Part shown: positions 52,079-64,000 of the stretch, piece after piece
How positions within the stretch are numbered: position 1 is the first letter of the stretch
Layout of the letters: each line of letters opens with the position of its first letter
Origin: Fimbriosthenelais zetlandica
Taxonomy: Eukaryota
DNA length: 64,000 nucleotides
Reading direction: 5' to 3'
Assembly (NCBI GenBank): GCA_977030845.1
Contig: OZ365115.1
Span: 32,550,001-32,614,000 of the forward strand
Made by a program: the position numbers and the translations under genes
The notes under the pieces: model-generated
Seen by the model: only the letters and a program-made list of their open reading frames with translations
Told to the model about the DNA's origin: nothing
Database searches by the model: none

Positions 52079-52330
52079 GCAATATATATCATTGATCGCA
52101 TGTTGTATGCATATGCGCGAAAAGTTCTACTTTTTGTTAGAATCAATTTGTAGAAAAATTATGCTATGGATGCACAAAATTTCTCTTATAACATTCTACG
52201 ATTCGCAGCTAGAGATATCACATGCAAGGCTATGTTGCATTTTGCGAAACAGATGTTTTGCAAAAATTACTTTCGTCAAGAAAGAAGGCAACCCAAGTGC
52301 TGAAGAGGTATAGTGAAAATGCCTTTGACA

Positions 52331-52392
52331 GTTCGGGGATTGAACCAGAAAACTTTGGATCATAGGACAGCCTCCAAATACATTTCTATACC
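52331..52392 (-). mobile_element. Possible degenerate tRNA-derived SINE head
   Basis: B-box-like GGTTCAATCCC (52346-52336 on -) preceded by gatccaaag. The A box is unconvincing. Confidence 0.2.
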
Positions 52393-52603
52393 TAATGACG
52401 AAGCGAAAAGTGTAGAATAGTCAGTTTTATTTGAAAGTTTGCGTCAAAAAGTAGTTTTTTGACATAGGGGTATTCGCCTATGTCAGCATTTCCCATATGC
52501 AACAGTCGTAGGAGGAGTACATGGATATTATGGATCACCCCATGAGGGCACGAGGCGGTGGGAGGGGGGCGCCATGCCCCCGTCCCTTGTCAGCGCTTAT
52601 GGC

Positions 52604-53175
52604 TCATATTTGTTTTGTGCTTGAAGGAGGATTACGTAACAGGGGGCCTTGAAGTCTGCCGCCTTTCCCTCCGCCTCCTCCTTTTCCTCCTCCACCTCCT
52701 CCTTTTCCACCACCTTTTCCCCGTGCTTGCACGACTGGGACTGTGAGATGCGCGCGCGTTGGTGGTGTCGTGAGAAATAGGTCACCCTTATTTGTCCTTA
52801 AAGCGGGGGGCCTGGATTCCTGGGGTCCTGCTGTTCGCATATTTTTGAAATTTTGTTTATTTTGATCGTCGCTTGGGCGAAAGGCCCTGCTCCGTGGGAT
52901 GCACACGATGCATGTTGCGCATCATATGGGGGAAGAAGTAGAAGAATAAGAAGTCCTGGGGGTCCCCAAATGGGCGCCCCCCGAACATGCACCCCCCGCC
53001 TGAACATACATACAAGACAGCGATTAGAGCATCACAGACTGGCTCCTCTAATTCACCTGGAAGGGAAGCTGACCACTCGGGCTGGTAGGCACCCTACCCA
53101 GCCTTGCAGTGGTCAGCCAGCCAGACCCGCGGGCTGGGAAGCAACACCTGGGAACGTTCCCATCGGTAGGTACCC
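52604..53175 (-). pseudogene. Two-exon relic of an unidentified gene nested in an SLC17 intron, same strand
   Basis: Exon 53175-53057, then a 57-nt GT-AG intron with a ctaat branch-like site, then an exon from 52999. The best-looking frame has an internal TAG (53096-53094). A Gly-Lys tract in a shifted frame shows third-position wobble. Confidence 0.45.
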
Positions 53176-55472
53176 CTGTAATTCAATTATGATATCAGGG
53201 ATTTTAATATGCTGATTTTGCACTTGGTAATTGATATTGATTCGATTTTCCCCCTTTTTCCACAAAAAAGTTAACTTTCTTTGATCAAGCGTAAATATCT
53301 TAGGATTTATTCAAAAGAATGGCGTCATATTTGATTTAAGATGTCATTCCAGGATTAGAAATGAAACCCGGGTGCTCAAATTTGAAGCCATGTTTTTTCT
53401 TCAAAAGATGAGGTATGTTTTGAGTAAAAACACATTCCTTTTAATCATATAATCATATGAAAATGATCTAAAATCATTTTGCTGTTTTCTTGCTAGAAAG
53501 CCAGCACATTTTTGCTGATTTATTTTCCTAATTTCCATTGTCGCTTAAAAGTAAAGGATCTCTCACAACTTTCGCCAACTCATTGTACATGATTCCGGGT
53601 TCCTAAAGTGTATAACTCATGATCAATCATTATCACAAAAGGCATGGAGATGATGATCAATAGATGTAATCACCTTTGAATAAGGGCTTCAGTTTACATC
53701 AATGAATGCCTGTGAATTCACGGCACTGAGACCATAGGTATTCCTATATATGTGATTTACCTGCAATATCAAGTGACAAATCGGCTGCACTTTATTATTT
53801 ATGGTTCATTATGGGAAGATTTGTAGGTTGCGTGTTTGGGTATACCCACCTATAATGGACATATTATCCGGCTTTCCTTGCCTACATTTGGCACTGATAA
53901 CTAGCCATTGCCCACCAATGCCTGCCACGTCATATATTTCCCAGCTTCATCCCCCTTCCTTTGTCTTTCTACTGTCTCTGTCTATTCCTATCTCCAGCCA
54001 AACAATCCACACGCAGAATACAAGAATATTTCATTAATGCATGACTCCCCCCAAAATTATCGGTAGTTATTGAATCACTGAAATGAATGTGAAGAAAAAG
54101 TGAAGTTATTTTCTGGCCATTGATTCGGGATCTTGTTGCTGATCCTTGCGCTGCCTAATGGACACCGTGGACGGGAGTTTTGCAATGTTGATTATTTTAG
54201 GAATGGTTTACAGTTGTGTGAGAATCCAGTGTGAAGGGTGGTGAAGAGGCAATAAATTAGCAAGCATATAGTGAGTTGATCATTGAGAATATGACAGCAT
54301 TATTGCTGGCACTCTACATGCACGTTACTACACTAGGAGAAGTAACACATAATGGCTGTGATGAGGGCGAGCTATATGGGATGAAGAAGTCCGTCTTGGG
54401 GATCGGAATAAGGAAGCCGATACCGAAAGTATGACATTCACAATATCTTTCTTAGTTTAATCAATCTACTTTAAAATCATATAGTCTGCGCGTTGAGGGG
54501 CGGCAGGCAGAGATTGAGGACGGAGAGAAAGACTATGTATGGATATAGAAATGCATTACGTTAATGTAGATCATGAAATACAGAGACTAAGTATCAGGCT
54601 TGACTGAGACGCGCTAAAGTCAAGCTTTTCTTTTCAGACGCAGGTGAGGCGCGGGTATTGGCAAATGTCTTCAGCTCAGCTGTAGTCATGTTAAGAAGGC
54701 TGACATTAGTAACTGTATACTTGTATCTTAAACAGAAGTATTCTCGATCTAATTAGGCTTCCTGAGTGAAAGCTTACTTCCTATTATATGTAAGGGCGCC
54801 CCCTTCTCGGTGAAAGGTTCACAGCGCTAATGGACGGGCACCTATATATGTGTGTATGGTGGGAGGGCGGTCTGTTGTAAGCAGTAGATGGAAAGTAGGA
54901 TTTGTTGTGCAAAGAAAGCATCTTTTAAATGAAAGCCCCCTTCCCCTTCTGCGGGTTACAATAGAAAATCATCAATCGGACTGGGATAGTCTTGTTTATA
55001 ACCGAGCAGGTAAAAGTCTTATTCTAAGGCAGTGCATGGTTTCTTCGGGACATATGTTAGTCGTATATGGACAGGAACAAAACGATTTGGGGTTGGCTTC
55101 AGGAAGGACAGAAACCAACATGGCCACTGTGCGTATTACCCCTCCCTTCTGCTTTCACTCCCCCTCCCTCCGGGACAGTGAAAACGCACTGCAAACACTC
55201 AAAATCAGATGTGAAAATGTATGCGTGACGTCAGGATTCTGATAAAACAAGGAGATTACGTCACATTCTAGTTGGTGGGATGTACTAATACGGAAAAAGT
55301 TGCCTGTTGCTTAGGTGCGCACGACGATCTTGAGTGTCCGATGGGTGGTCACCATGGACTGTTGAGGGAGGGGGTAGAGGAGGGAAAGAACCCGGATGGA
55401 TGGATAAATGTAGTCTGGTAAGTTGTGCTCAAAGTTTGTACATACGGAAAGGAGGAAGAGGGCGGGGCTTAC

Positions 55473-55619
55473 CATTGCTATGCCATATCCAAAAACATCC
55501 AGGTAGACCGGTTCGTTGGTTAAGAGCAGGTAGAAACACCAACTCCGAGCAAAGTGACACACGTTCAATGTATGCACGGGCAGTGACGTCATGATGGCGA
55601 ACCAAGGCACGGGGGCGTC
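55473..55619 (-). CDS. SLC17 exon (most 5' one found): DAPVPWFAIMTSLPVHTLNVCHFARSWCFYLLLTNEPVYLDVFGYGIAM
   Basis: ttattttttttcag| acceptor and ATG|gtaagc donor; 147 nt, phase 0 to 0; PW..I.TS.PV and RSW.FYLLL motifs. Confidence 0.95.
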
Positions 55620-58393
55620 CTGAAAAAAAATAAACAATGTCATTTTCATATAATGCATATAAAGGGAGGGAGGGAGAAATGGACATGGAAGGGAGGGGAG
55701 AAGAGGACCGGGGGGGGGGGGGGCGGTGGGCAGCATCAATTCATCTGCTCCAAGTGATTGGCGATGAAATAGTAAAGTAGGAAAGTCTGTGTCTAGGGCA
55801 CTTGAGGAATTCCGGATCATTTGGGAGAAAGAGAAGGAAAGGGAAGGATCCATCAGCGATGAATAGAGTTGGGGATGGAGTAGATTGTTAATCGGCTGTC
55901 GGCTGTTTCTTCTGGCATCCAGGGGGAGGAAGGGGAATAATTGATGATATAACAGCTTGTTGCATGTGGATGGGGCAGGACAATTGTCGGTTCAGATGCT
56001 TACTGTTACATTACTACACTATAAAGCCAGAGGTGCACTAAACACAGCTTTTTCTTTAGTTTATTGCTTTGTTCTCATAGATTTTATTTCTAAATTAAGT
56101 TCGACTTTCATATGCAGGTTAGGCCTAATTCTGTTGCTTCCTGTACAACAGATAAGTGCATGGATTGTATGCGCTTTTGATGATAGATCTAATACAACGA
56201 AAGGAAGATCGCATTGAAATGGATGGTGAAATGACTGTAATGTACCCGGGTTTCACATAAGATGAATAGTGAGAGTATGAGGATGGGACTTTACTAGGTC
56301 CCTGGAGAGGAGAATGAGGGATGAGAGATTGCTTGTGGGGAGCACATCATCCGGCAGGAAAAAGGCAAAGTTTCTGACACCAATTTTTCACCTGTAACAC
56401 GTGGGATTTCTCAACATTTATATGTATGCCTGGGATATAGGAGGAATCAGTGGACAATCCTTTAAACCAGAAAAAATGTAGTTTTGCTAAAATCGCTTTG
56501 ATGGAAAAGACTTTCCATTTTTGGACAGAAGGTAACAAAGATCGACAAGTATCGTTAGTCTAGGCTATATCATAACAAGCTTAAAATGTCTGGGTTCAGA
56601 TTTATATCAGTTGAAGATATAAGAACATTGTGGAACTGAGACAAATTTCACGAAATGACCCTTACTGTCTCCAAATAAAGCTAGCTTCTCCATCTAAATT
56701 TATACATGAACAACAAACCAACCATGCATACACCATGCCTCCGAGACCAGAGCATAATATTTGTCTTTCCTTTCCAGAGGGGATGAATATAAGGGAAAAA
56801 CAAGTATGACTAAAGTGGGCATTACTCACTAGCTGATCTAATGCTTAGGTAAATATGGAAAAGTCAATAAAGGGATCAATACACAGTTATAGAAACCAGT
56901 CCAAATTTACTAGACATCTCCGTGCAGTCAGCATTTTCATAAATAATCTCTGTGGTCGCACCTGAACAGCACCTTTACAGAGAACATTTAGAAATGTTTG
57001 CCCAAAACCCAAAACAGTTCCAGCAAATCGAAACAATTTTGGTACTCACAGTAACTTATAAAGGGATATAAATGGATTTGTGACGAGATCCCATGATGCT
57101 ATTTAAAACCTGTACTGAACATTCTCGAGAAAAGTATATGATTTTGACACCAGACATCAGTTCTGATGCAACGATTCTCTTCGGATCTCTCACAAGGCCA
57201 TATCCTACACTCTCAGACTAATACAATGACTGTAATTAAAAGTAATTATTCGAAACAAGATTTCGACAATTATTTGATGTTGACAAATCGTCAGCAAGAG
57301 TTCACAGCTGCTCGCCAGCGCACCTGCATTTGCCTATACTACTCATACCTAAGTAAACTACTTCAGTATAATAATCAAACCTTTAGATTAAAGACGTAAA
57401 TGATTATATTAGACGGAGTAAACTTTCTATCTAATCTCGTGAATCTAGTTTGTCATGATAAGGTTTTGAGTCATCAGTTCTCACCCGTTACAGTAATACT
57501 CGGTGATATATAATAATAGGCTATGTCAATCTGGGCGTAATGAATGTGAGATGTGATTAATTATTAACAATTCATCATTATTGAGATATAGTTGAAGGGG
57601 TAGGTTGAGCGGAGGCCCGCTGCATTATGTATGAAGCTGGGAGACTCGGGGGTGCATGCTCAAGTCTGACAGCAGCCTTTCACACAGTCATATGCATAAT
57701 CACAAAAAGTCATCAGACAAAAATCGCGCTTTTCTTCCCCCACTTAAAAAGCAACCTTAGATGAACAAAGCCGAGCTGAAAGTTGGCATATATATAGGTT
57801 TTGGTTCTAATTGTCGGGTTGGTTGGTGGATCGGTCTTGGCCTTTCACAATTCTTTGTCTAGGTTGCATGGGGATCTCCAGAAATAGTTGACCGATGCAT
57901 TGTTTCGGCTGACTGGACAAATGACTCAAGTTGCAGGCATTAGGTCAGAACTCTATATTTAGGGGTTTCTCAGTGAGGTCAGGGGTCGTTTCTATGGTGA
58001 TTCAGAGAGGGTAGGGATTCCTTGATGTCCCCTTTATGAGCAACCCCATCCTCAACCCCCATACAATCCCTACCCCCGCCCTTTTTGTAAGTAACCCCTC
58101 CCACATCCCTACTGCCCAATCCCCACGGATCCCCAACCCCCAGACCTGCCCTAGAAGGAATGAACATTGTATGACAACTCATTCCATCCCTACCCCAGAC
58201 TTTTGTCTGACCCCGACTATATCCGCCCCCTTCACCGATTCCCAGCCTGCCCCCAAATCCCTGACTCATACCCTTCTAACTCTATCCTCCCTTCTTTGGC
58301 CAATACAATATTGGGGTGGGCGGTGGTGAAGGGAGGGCTGCATAAACCCCACCTCAACCCCTGACCCCCACCCCCTTACCCCCTCCCCATAGT

Positions 58394-58414
58394 ACACACA
58401 CACACACACACACA
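58394..58414. repeat. (CA)n microsatellite at the end of a C-rich (G-rich on minus) block spanning about 58030-58390
   Basis: Directly visible. Confidence 0.85.
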
Positions 58415-59804
58415 TCCCACCGCCCTTTGTTCTTCATTCAGACGTGATCCCCAAAATATCGACCCTAATTCGTCCCGTATTAATTCGGCCGATCTTGAGC
58501 GAGCAGTGGGCCGATCATCCAACTGTTTTTCTACGTGTCATACTTTGGCAGGGTGTTTTTGGCCGTGTGTGTGGGTGAGTGTGCGGGGGTGAGGAGAACA
58601 ATGATAACGCATGGAAATGAATGATTAATTTATACACACATCGTTTGATCTGTCCTACTTTGCTAGCCTGCTCAATCGATTGTCAATATATGGATATCAA
58701 TGATACTAAAATACAGGTACTAAATAATGCCCACCAACTTTTTACAGGGCTACATTTAATTCTCCGGCAAATATAATGATCAATCATGAGGTTTTCTTTG
58801 ATGTGTATGTTGTACTAGGTTTCATACATCTCATATTTATTAAATATTGATCCCATGTCTTTGTACCATGGAACTCTTTGTCAGGACATTTCAACTTAAA
58901 CAAAAGAATTGATTTTCTGTACTGGGAATTGGTAGGGGAAAACTACGACAAAAATTACCATTCCTAAATATTCAACACTTTCATATACATGTATAAGAAA
59001 GAAAGGAAATTAAATCTATATGCTATGGTCATGGAATAAGACCAAGAACATTACATTAAAATGTCCATAGATGGGAATATTGAGTATATCATCCTGCATG
59101 ATAATGGTATGCGTATTATATCTCATGTGTTTATAGGTTTCTGCTAATTGTTAGAGAATTATACCTTTCTCCCCTTTTCCATATACTACTCGATGCTTTT
59201 CTAATTTTGACTTTTTAAATCACTAACCAGATGGCGTAAAAGGTCGAAGGGAGCTCGAAAAAACATTGGTTGAGAAAAAGAAAAAAAATCATGTGTTCAT
59301 ATCCGCGAAGTCTTAAGAGCAAAATAAGATCATGGTTGAAACAATAGACCCAGGCGGCTGAAACACCTAAAGTCCGCGGGTATCAAGTTGGTTCCTTGGG
59401 CAAAAAAAATCATTAAGAACGGACGGCCGACCGTGCACCCTTACAGCCTACCCCAGCCCCGCGTCCGATAAAGTATCCCGACTGCGGAGATAAATCTCAA
59501 TTTTATGACGGTGTGTATATCGTCTTTAGTATGTTTACAAAGGAAATCAAACCGGGCATTTCCCAAGCAAAGGGCTAAGTTAAAGAGGACGAGGCTGGGT
59601 CGGGGTGGGCGGCGGGGATTTATAAGTCCTTTGTGTGCGACGACGATAAGAGAATTGCAGAGAAAGAATTGATATAATAATACGTGGGCACAAAGAGACT
59701 GCTTGTTTCCGATACAAAGAAAGCGGTGGAAGTGACCGCATCCCATAACTTATATTGTGACCATTGCCTTTGGGTCTGTCATCAGGAGAGGTGGGCTGAT
59801 AGGG

Positions 59805-59818
59805 CGACTAGAGGGCGG
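59805..59818 (+). promoter_or_regulatory. CTCF core motif candidate CGACTAGAGGGCGG
   Basis: 12/14 match to CCACTAGAGGGCGC. Confidence 0.3.
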
Positions 59819-60494
59819 GTGGTATATTATGGTCATACAACAGTATATGGACTCCTTTACTGACCACTATATCGACTTGCAGGGTCACGGGGGGATGGGG
59901 GGAGACAAGAGCTATGTATAGTGGTGAGGGGGTGAATCTGAGGCGGGGGGGTATATATATGGAGGTGATAGGGAGGCCAGAAAGGGTAGACAGATGGATG
60001 AATAGATCAACACATGTCTGACGATGGTCAAGGGTCGTGGGGGCATATCATCAGAGGTGGAGGAGGGGTGGGGTGGGAGGTAGTCGATAGGTGCATCATG
60101 GTCTCTCTTGCCCGGGGATGGGTACAATGATAAATATTGGATACATCCTTTTCCCAAGATGGTCCATGAATAACAAACTTATAGGGGAATAGAAAAGTTT
60201 AGCTACTGTTAGTATCTCATTCGGAGAAAACAATTATTTTGTAAGTGATTAGATAAAATGAGCTTCTCAAAAATACTTTGGTCCTTGCTTAAATAACGGG
60301 GGTTAAATATTTAACATATCCATCTATGGGAAAATGGAAGACATAATGTAATATTTAAAAGGAAATCACAGGTCACCAGACAGGGAAATAGACAGAGATG
60401 ACCTTACTCTCCTAATCTGGGTCAGGGGTGAATGCCAGAGGCATATATATGCATCGGACAGTGAGGTGAGGTGAGGAGAGGCGAGCGGGGAGTT

Positions 60495-60619
60495 GGGGGA
60501 GGGGGGGGGGGGGGTAAAGCTCGGATGAAATTGATATAAACGATTGTAAATATGGTGACAGCTATAGGAAGCCGGGATAGGAAGTGTGTTAGGGTATAGA
60601 TGGGTGGGGGGGGGGGGGG
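60495..60619 (+). repeat. Two poly-G tracts (G14 at 60501-60514 and 60606-60619)
   Basis: Directly visible; similar tracts at 1766-1779 and near 55709. Confidence 0.85.
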
Positions 60620-63600
60620 TAGGGGGTGACCTTGATTTGACCCCTCCCTGGATAAACAGGAGGGCTATGATAGCAAGCTTGGGACACGAGCAGTTGTGTG
60701 TATTGATTGTTTAATCGATCGTGCTCAGTGGACATAAGGGGAGGAGGGGATGGATAGATGGGAGCAGGGAAGTGAGGTGTATGTAGGCGAGCGGTGGGGG
60801 AAACGGCCGCCAGTCCCACAGGTATCCGGCCTGTACATCCAGTGGCAGGGCTACTTTCACAAAAAATAGTGCAACGATAAAAGAGATCAAAGATTTCTGA
60901 CAGTGAAAAACGTATATGGTTCATGTAAGATTGGCTTGGCAAACTAGTCCAAATTTGTTATCATCAACTACAATATTTGATATGATAAAATCAGATTTTG
61001 TATGTAAGAGGTGTGTATTGCTGGTGTAGGGCCTATATAGGCTATATTTACATTCCTCGCATTGTATTATGAAATGCAGATTTAGGGAATTATGTAGAGA
61101 TAAAACCCAGAGAAATGATGGCTATTATTGTTTCCAGCGCTTTGTCAAACAACATGCTTATTGATCGACCTTGTTTGGACATGACGGGTTAGGGAGCGGA
61201 GAGAGACAGGTTGGAGGGAGGGAGAGGTGAAGGGAGAGGATCAGCGGGATCAGGAGCTGCCATGAGCAGTAGGAACAGTTGAGAAGAGCAGCTCGATCAG
61301 GAGAAAGAGATGACAGAAATTGACAGGACAGAGGCGGGAATGGTAGAAGTGGTCAGATATGGAAGGTGGTACAGGTAGGAAGTAACTAGGAACTAAAACA
61401 ATTATGGCATGGTATGTAACATAACGTCAATGTAAGTAGTATAGAAAATGATTCCATTGGAGCTGGCTTAAATTCAGTTTCATAATTATATTAGGTCGGC
61501 AAAACATTGTCAAGCAGACGGACAAGTTTTACATTGCGATTAAATCAATAGCATGTAGGTCCTACGCTTTGAGGAATGTCAAAGGAGTTCTATAGACCAT
61601 AGTCAATGATCAAGAATCTCCCGACTATATACCCTGAGGTGAAAATATCCATACATGTACTATCATTTGGTAGGCCCCTAACACATAGTCACTATATGAG
61701 GCATTCCTATAGATATAGATAGTATTCGATTGCATCAAAGTCATAAAAACAGGGTGCCAATCGAGGAAAAGCTGGGAGGGGAGTGGGAATTGGGGGGTGG
61801 GTGAGGGAATATATTAGCAGAGAGTTGGGTTCGGATATGTTGCACATATTATGAGTGATAGCCCTAACGCACGAGTAAAGCATTTATGTGCGTGTGGCAT
61901 GCTAGCAGGCCTAGATAAATCTAGACCGATATGCGTTGTCAGAGAAACGATATTAAAGACAAGATATCACATTTCTGGTCTCACAGGAGTCGCATGACAC
62001 ATGCGCCAGTCATAAAGCTGAATGTAAGCAACACACGCGCGATCTATATTATTGCTACTCGCAGGGAGGTCCGGGGAAGGCGGTTAGCGCTTAACGACAG
62101 GAAAAGCGGACACCACAAGGCATTAGATTACTCCCGTCATGCATCAGACAATTGCCATGGTTACCAGAATCTCTTATACACCGCCATGGTAACACCCAAT
62201 GCCCACCCGGCAGAGGGTCCTCTCCCCACCACCCCCACCCTCCATGGGCTAAACCATCACGGGGAAACATACGGGAGCAAATCTCCCATGTCTGTTTTCA
62301 CCTATCATATCACATTTTGTCAGTCACCCAATCTTCCACACACAAATTAGACACCGACACATCCATCTCGTCCTGCTACAGCGAATCGATCACAAAGATT
62401 AAATGCCAATGACTGGTGTTCGCGAGTTAATATGAGTATCTCCAATAGAAATACCCCTATGTATATTTGTATGGGAGACTAAGGCTTACAGCTCTATAAT
62501 GAACTAATTTAGGCCTAAAGGCAGGGCTCCATTGCTGCAATTTTGCTTGCGACACTAAGGTTAATGTGACAAAGGTGAACCTTGTGTGGCAATAAAATTT
62601 ATAAATCGTAGACGAAGTGTCCAAGGCCTTAATATTCGCTGGTACTATTTTTCATAATGATGATAAACAATAGCTATATTCTATACAATTCTTGTAATAG
62701 TTCTAACACAAATGTAATATTATTACTAATATAAGGTATTATTGCAGAATATTGTCCACGGGGCAGCTTTCTTGTATAGGAAAGTAAATTGCTTAAATTA
62801 CAATGCGATGATAATATTTTGACACGATTGTATTGCCAGTATTTATCTAGTGTCCCAAAAAATCCTTGACCTTAAAATCAGATTTATACTCATGTAGGTG
62901 CACTATTTGCCTTGCCCGAAAAAAGCAAAATTTGAACATGTATCATGTTTCTAATGAGGTGCAATTATATCTGTCTTCTTTTTTCAGAGTCATTCTCGGC
63001 ATCCTGAATGCCAACCCACAAATCTTGATTTCATGTAGCAATACTCAAAATGGGTAGGAGGTCTACAAAAACGATGCGGGTTTAAAACTGTAAAATCTCC
63101 TTTCACCCTGCTTTGCTACTACCATAATCCCCTCAACACTATTAGCTTCCAGATGAAATGTTGGCGAGGCCGGTGAATGGGGAAGGTGGGGGAGGAGGAA
63201 GTGGGAGAGTGTACTGTGATGGGGTGTGTAAGTGTGCGTGGTAGGGAAAGGTTTGGGGGAGACATGGGAAGGGGGATCCATTTGCAGGGTGCGAAAACCA
63301 TCAACACCCAATTGTATACCCATCACCCGGCTAAACTCAAGCACAATTACACCCCGGCTTAAAATGATGCTCCATTTTATCTTGCCTGTCAACATCAAAA
63401 ACCCTTCAATGACTTAAAACATTAAAGATAAAAACTTAAGCCTTTCTTTTGTGCTTAGCTCCTTATTATTGTACATGATTGCTCTGATTATAAGATACTG
63501 ACGCAAGGAGCGAGTGTCTTTATGGCTTGACTTTTTTCATAAGGGATTCTTCCATCTGTTCTTTCTCATATTGTAAGTGTCTCCGCTAATAACCTTTAAC

Positions 63601-64000
63601 TGATATAAAATGCCTTTGAAATGAATCACGCAAAAACATGTGAGAGACAGATGGGGAGGGGGAGGGATTTACATCTATGTTAATTGCAAATGCCCAGTCG
63701 ACAGGTCTTTGTTTGAAATGTAAAGGGACTATCTGTAGGCGGGTGTGTCCTGTTGTATCTATAGGGCAGAGACCCACTGTGTCCAACTTAGGGGGCACTC
63801 ATCAATATGTAGACTGTTCATCTATTAATATTGTCCATTTTAGACCATCGTCTCACTTGATTTTTTAAAAAAAGGACATGAATAAGATGCTTCATTCACA
63901 GTCTTCAGTATAATTATTTTCAGTAAGATTCCCAAACACCATAGGTGGACGTAGAGAAAGGCCTTTCTCTCAAATCAACATAGAAAATGAGGGAGTACCC

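Noticed and set aside
53146-53162. Minus-strand GGAACGTTCCCAG matches a 13-nt unit of the ZF repeat (ERSQ) and forms the palindrome TGGGAACGTTCCCA
   Set aside because: Short match to one of 30 degenerate units; expected by chance and flanks do not align.
55620-64000. Search for further 5' SLC17 exons and candidate + strand exons (for example the acceptor at 62987)
   Set aside because: No splice-bounded segment with SLC17 motifs or another recognisable domain. A small exon could have been missed by eye.
1-64000. CRISPR arrays, rRNA, intact tRNA, autonomous transposase or reverse-transcriptase ORFs
   Set aside because: No repeat-spacer array, cloverleaf or long TE ORF seen; the window is eukaryotic.

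Overview
This is metazoan (invertebrate-like, AT-rich, intron-rich) genomic DNA carrying two convergent spliced genes. (1) Plus strand: a C2H2 zinc-finger protein of about 1010-1051 aa, with coding exons 8809-10603, 17671-17793 (optional) and 18216-19453. It has a 30-unit ERSQM/ERSPL pentapeptide array and an anciently duplicated third-finger exon, which allows skip, include or truncate isoforms. Its C-terminal half carries a SIM-like motif, a PxDLT (CtBP-type) motif, and a segment that closely resembles the extreme C-terminus of MORC3/MORC4 as I recall it. (2) Minus strand: the last six coding exons (55619 down to 40654, 258 aa) of an SLC17-family MFS transporter, most like a divergent vesicular glutamate transporter. 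I found no 5' exons for it in the window. Also present are a 647-bp TTAA-flanked Kolobok-type DNA transposon relic in the ZF intron and a two-exon, same-strand relic gene nested in an SLC17 intron. There is a probable 6-8 kb 3' UTR, plus several motif clusters and palindromes (NRF1, CTCF, RFX X-box, E-box). The best candidate for an undescribed system is the ZF gene: a sequence-specific DNA binder with a MORC-type C-terminal module and an exon switch that can keep or remove it. All of this was read by eye. Homology statements rest on recalled sequences and need database confirmation.
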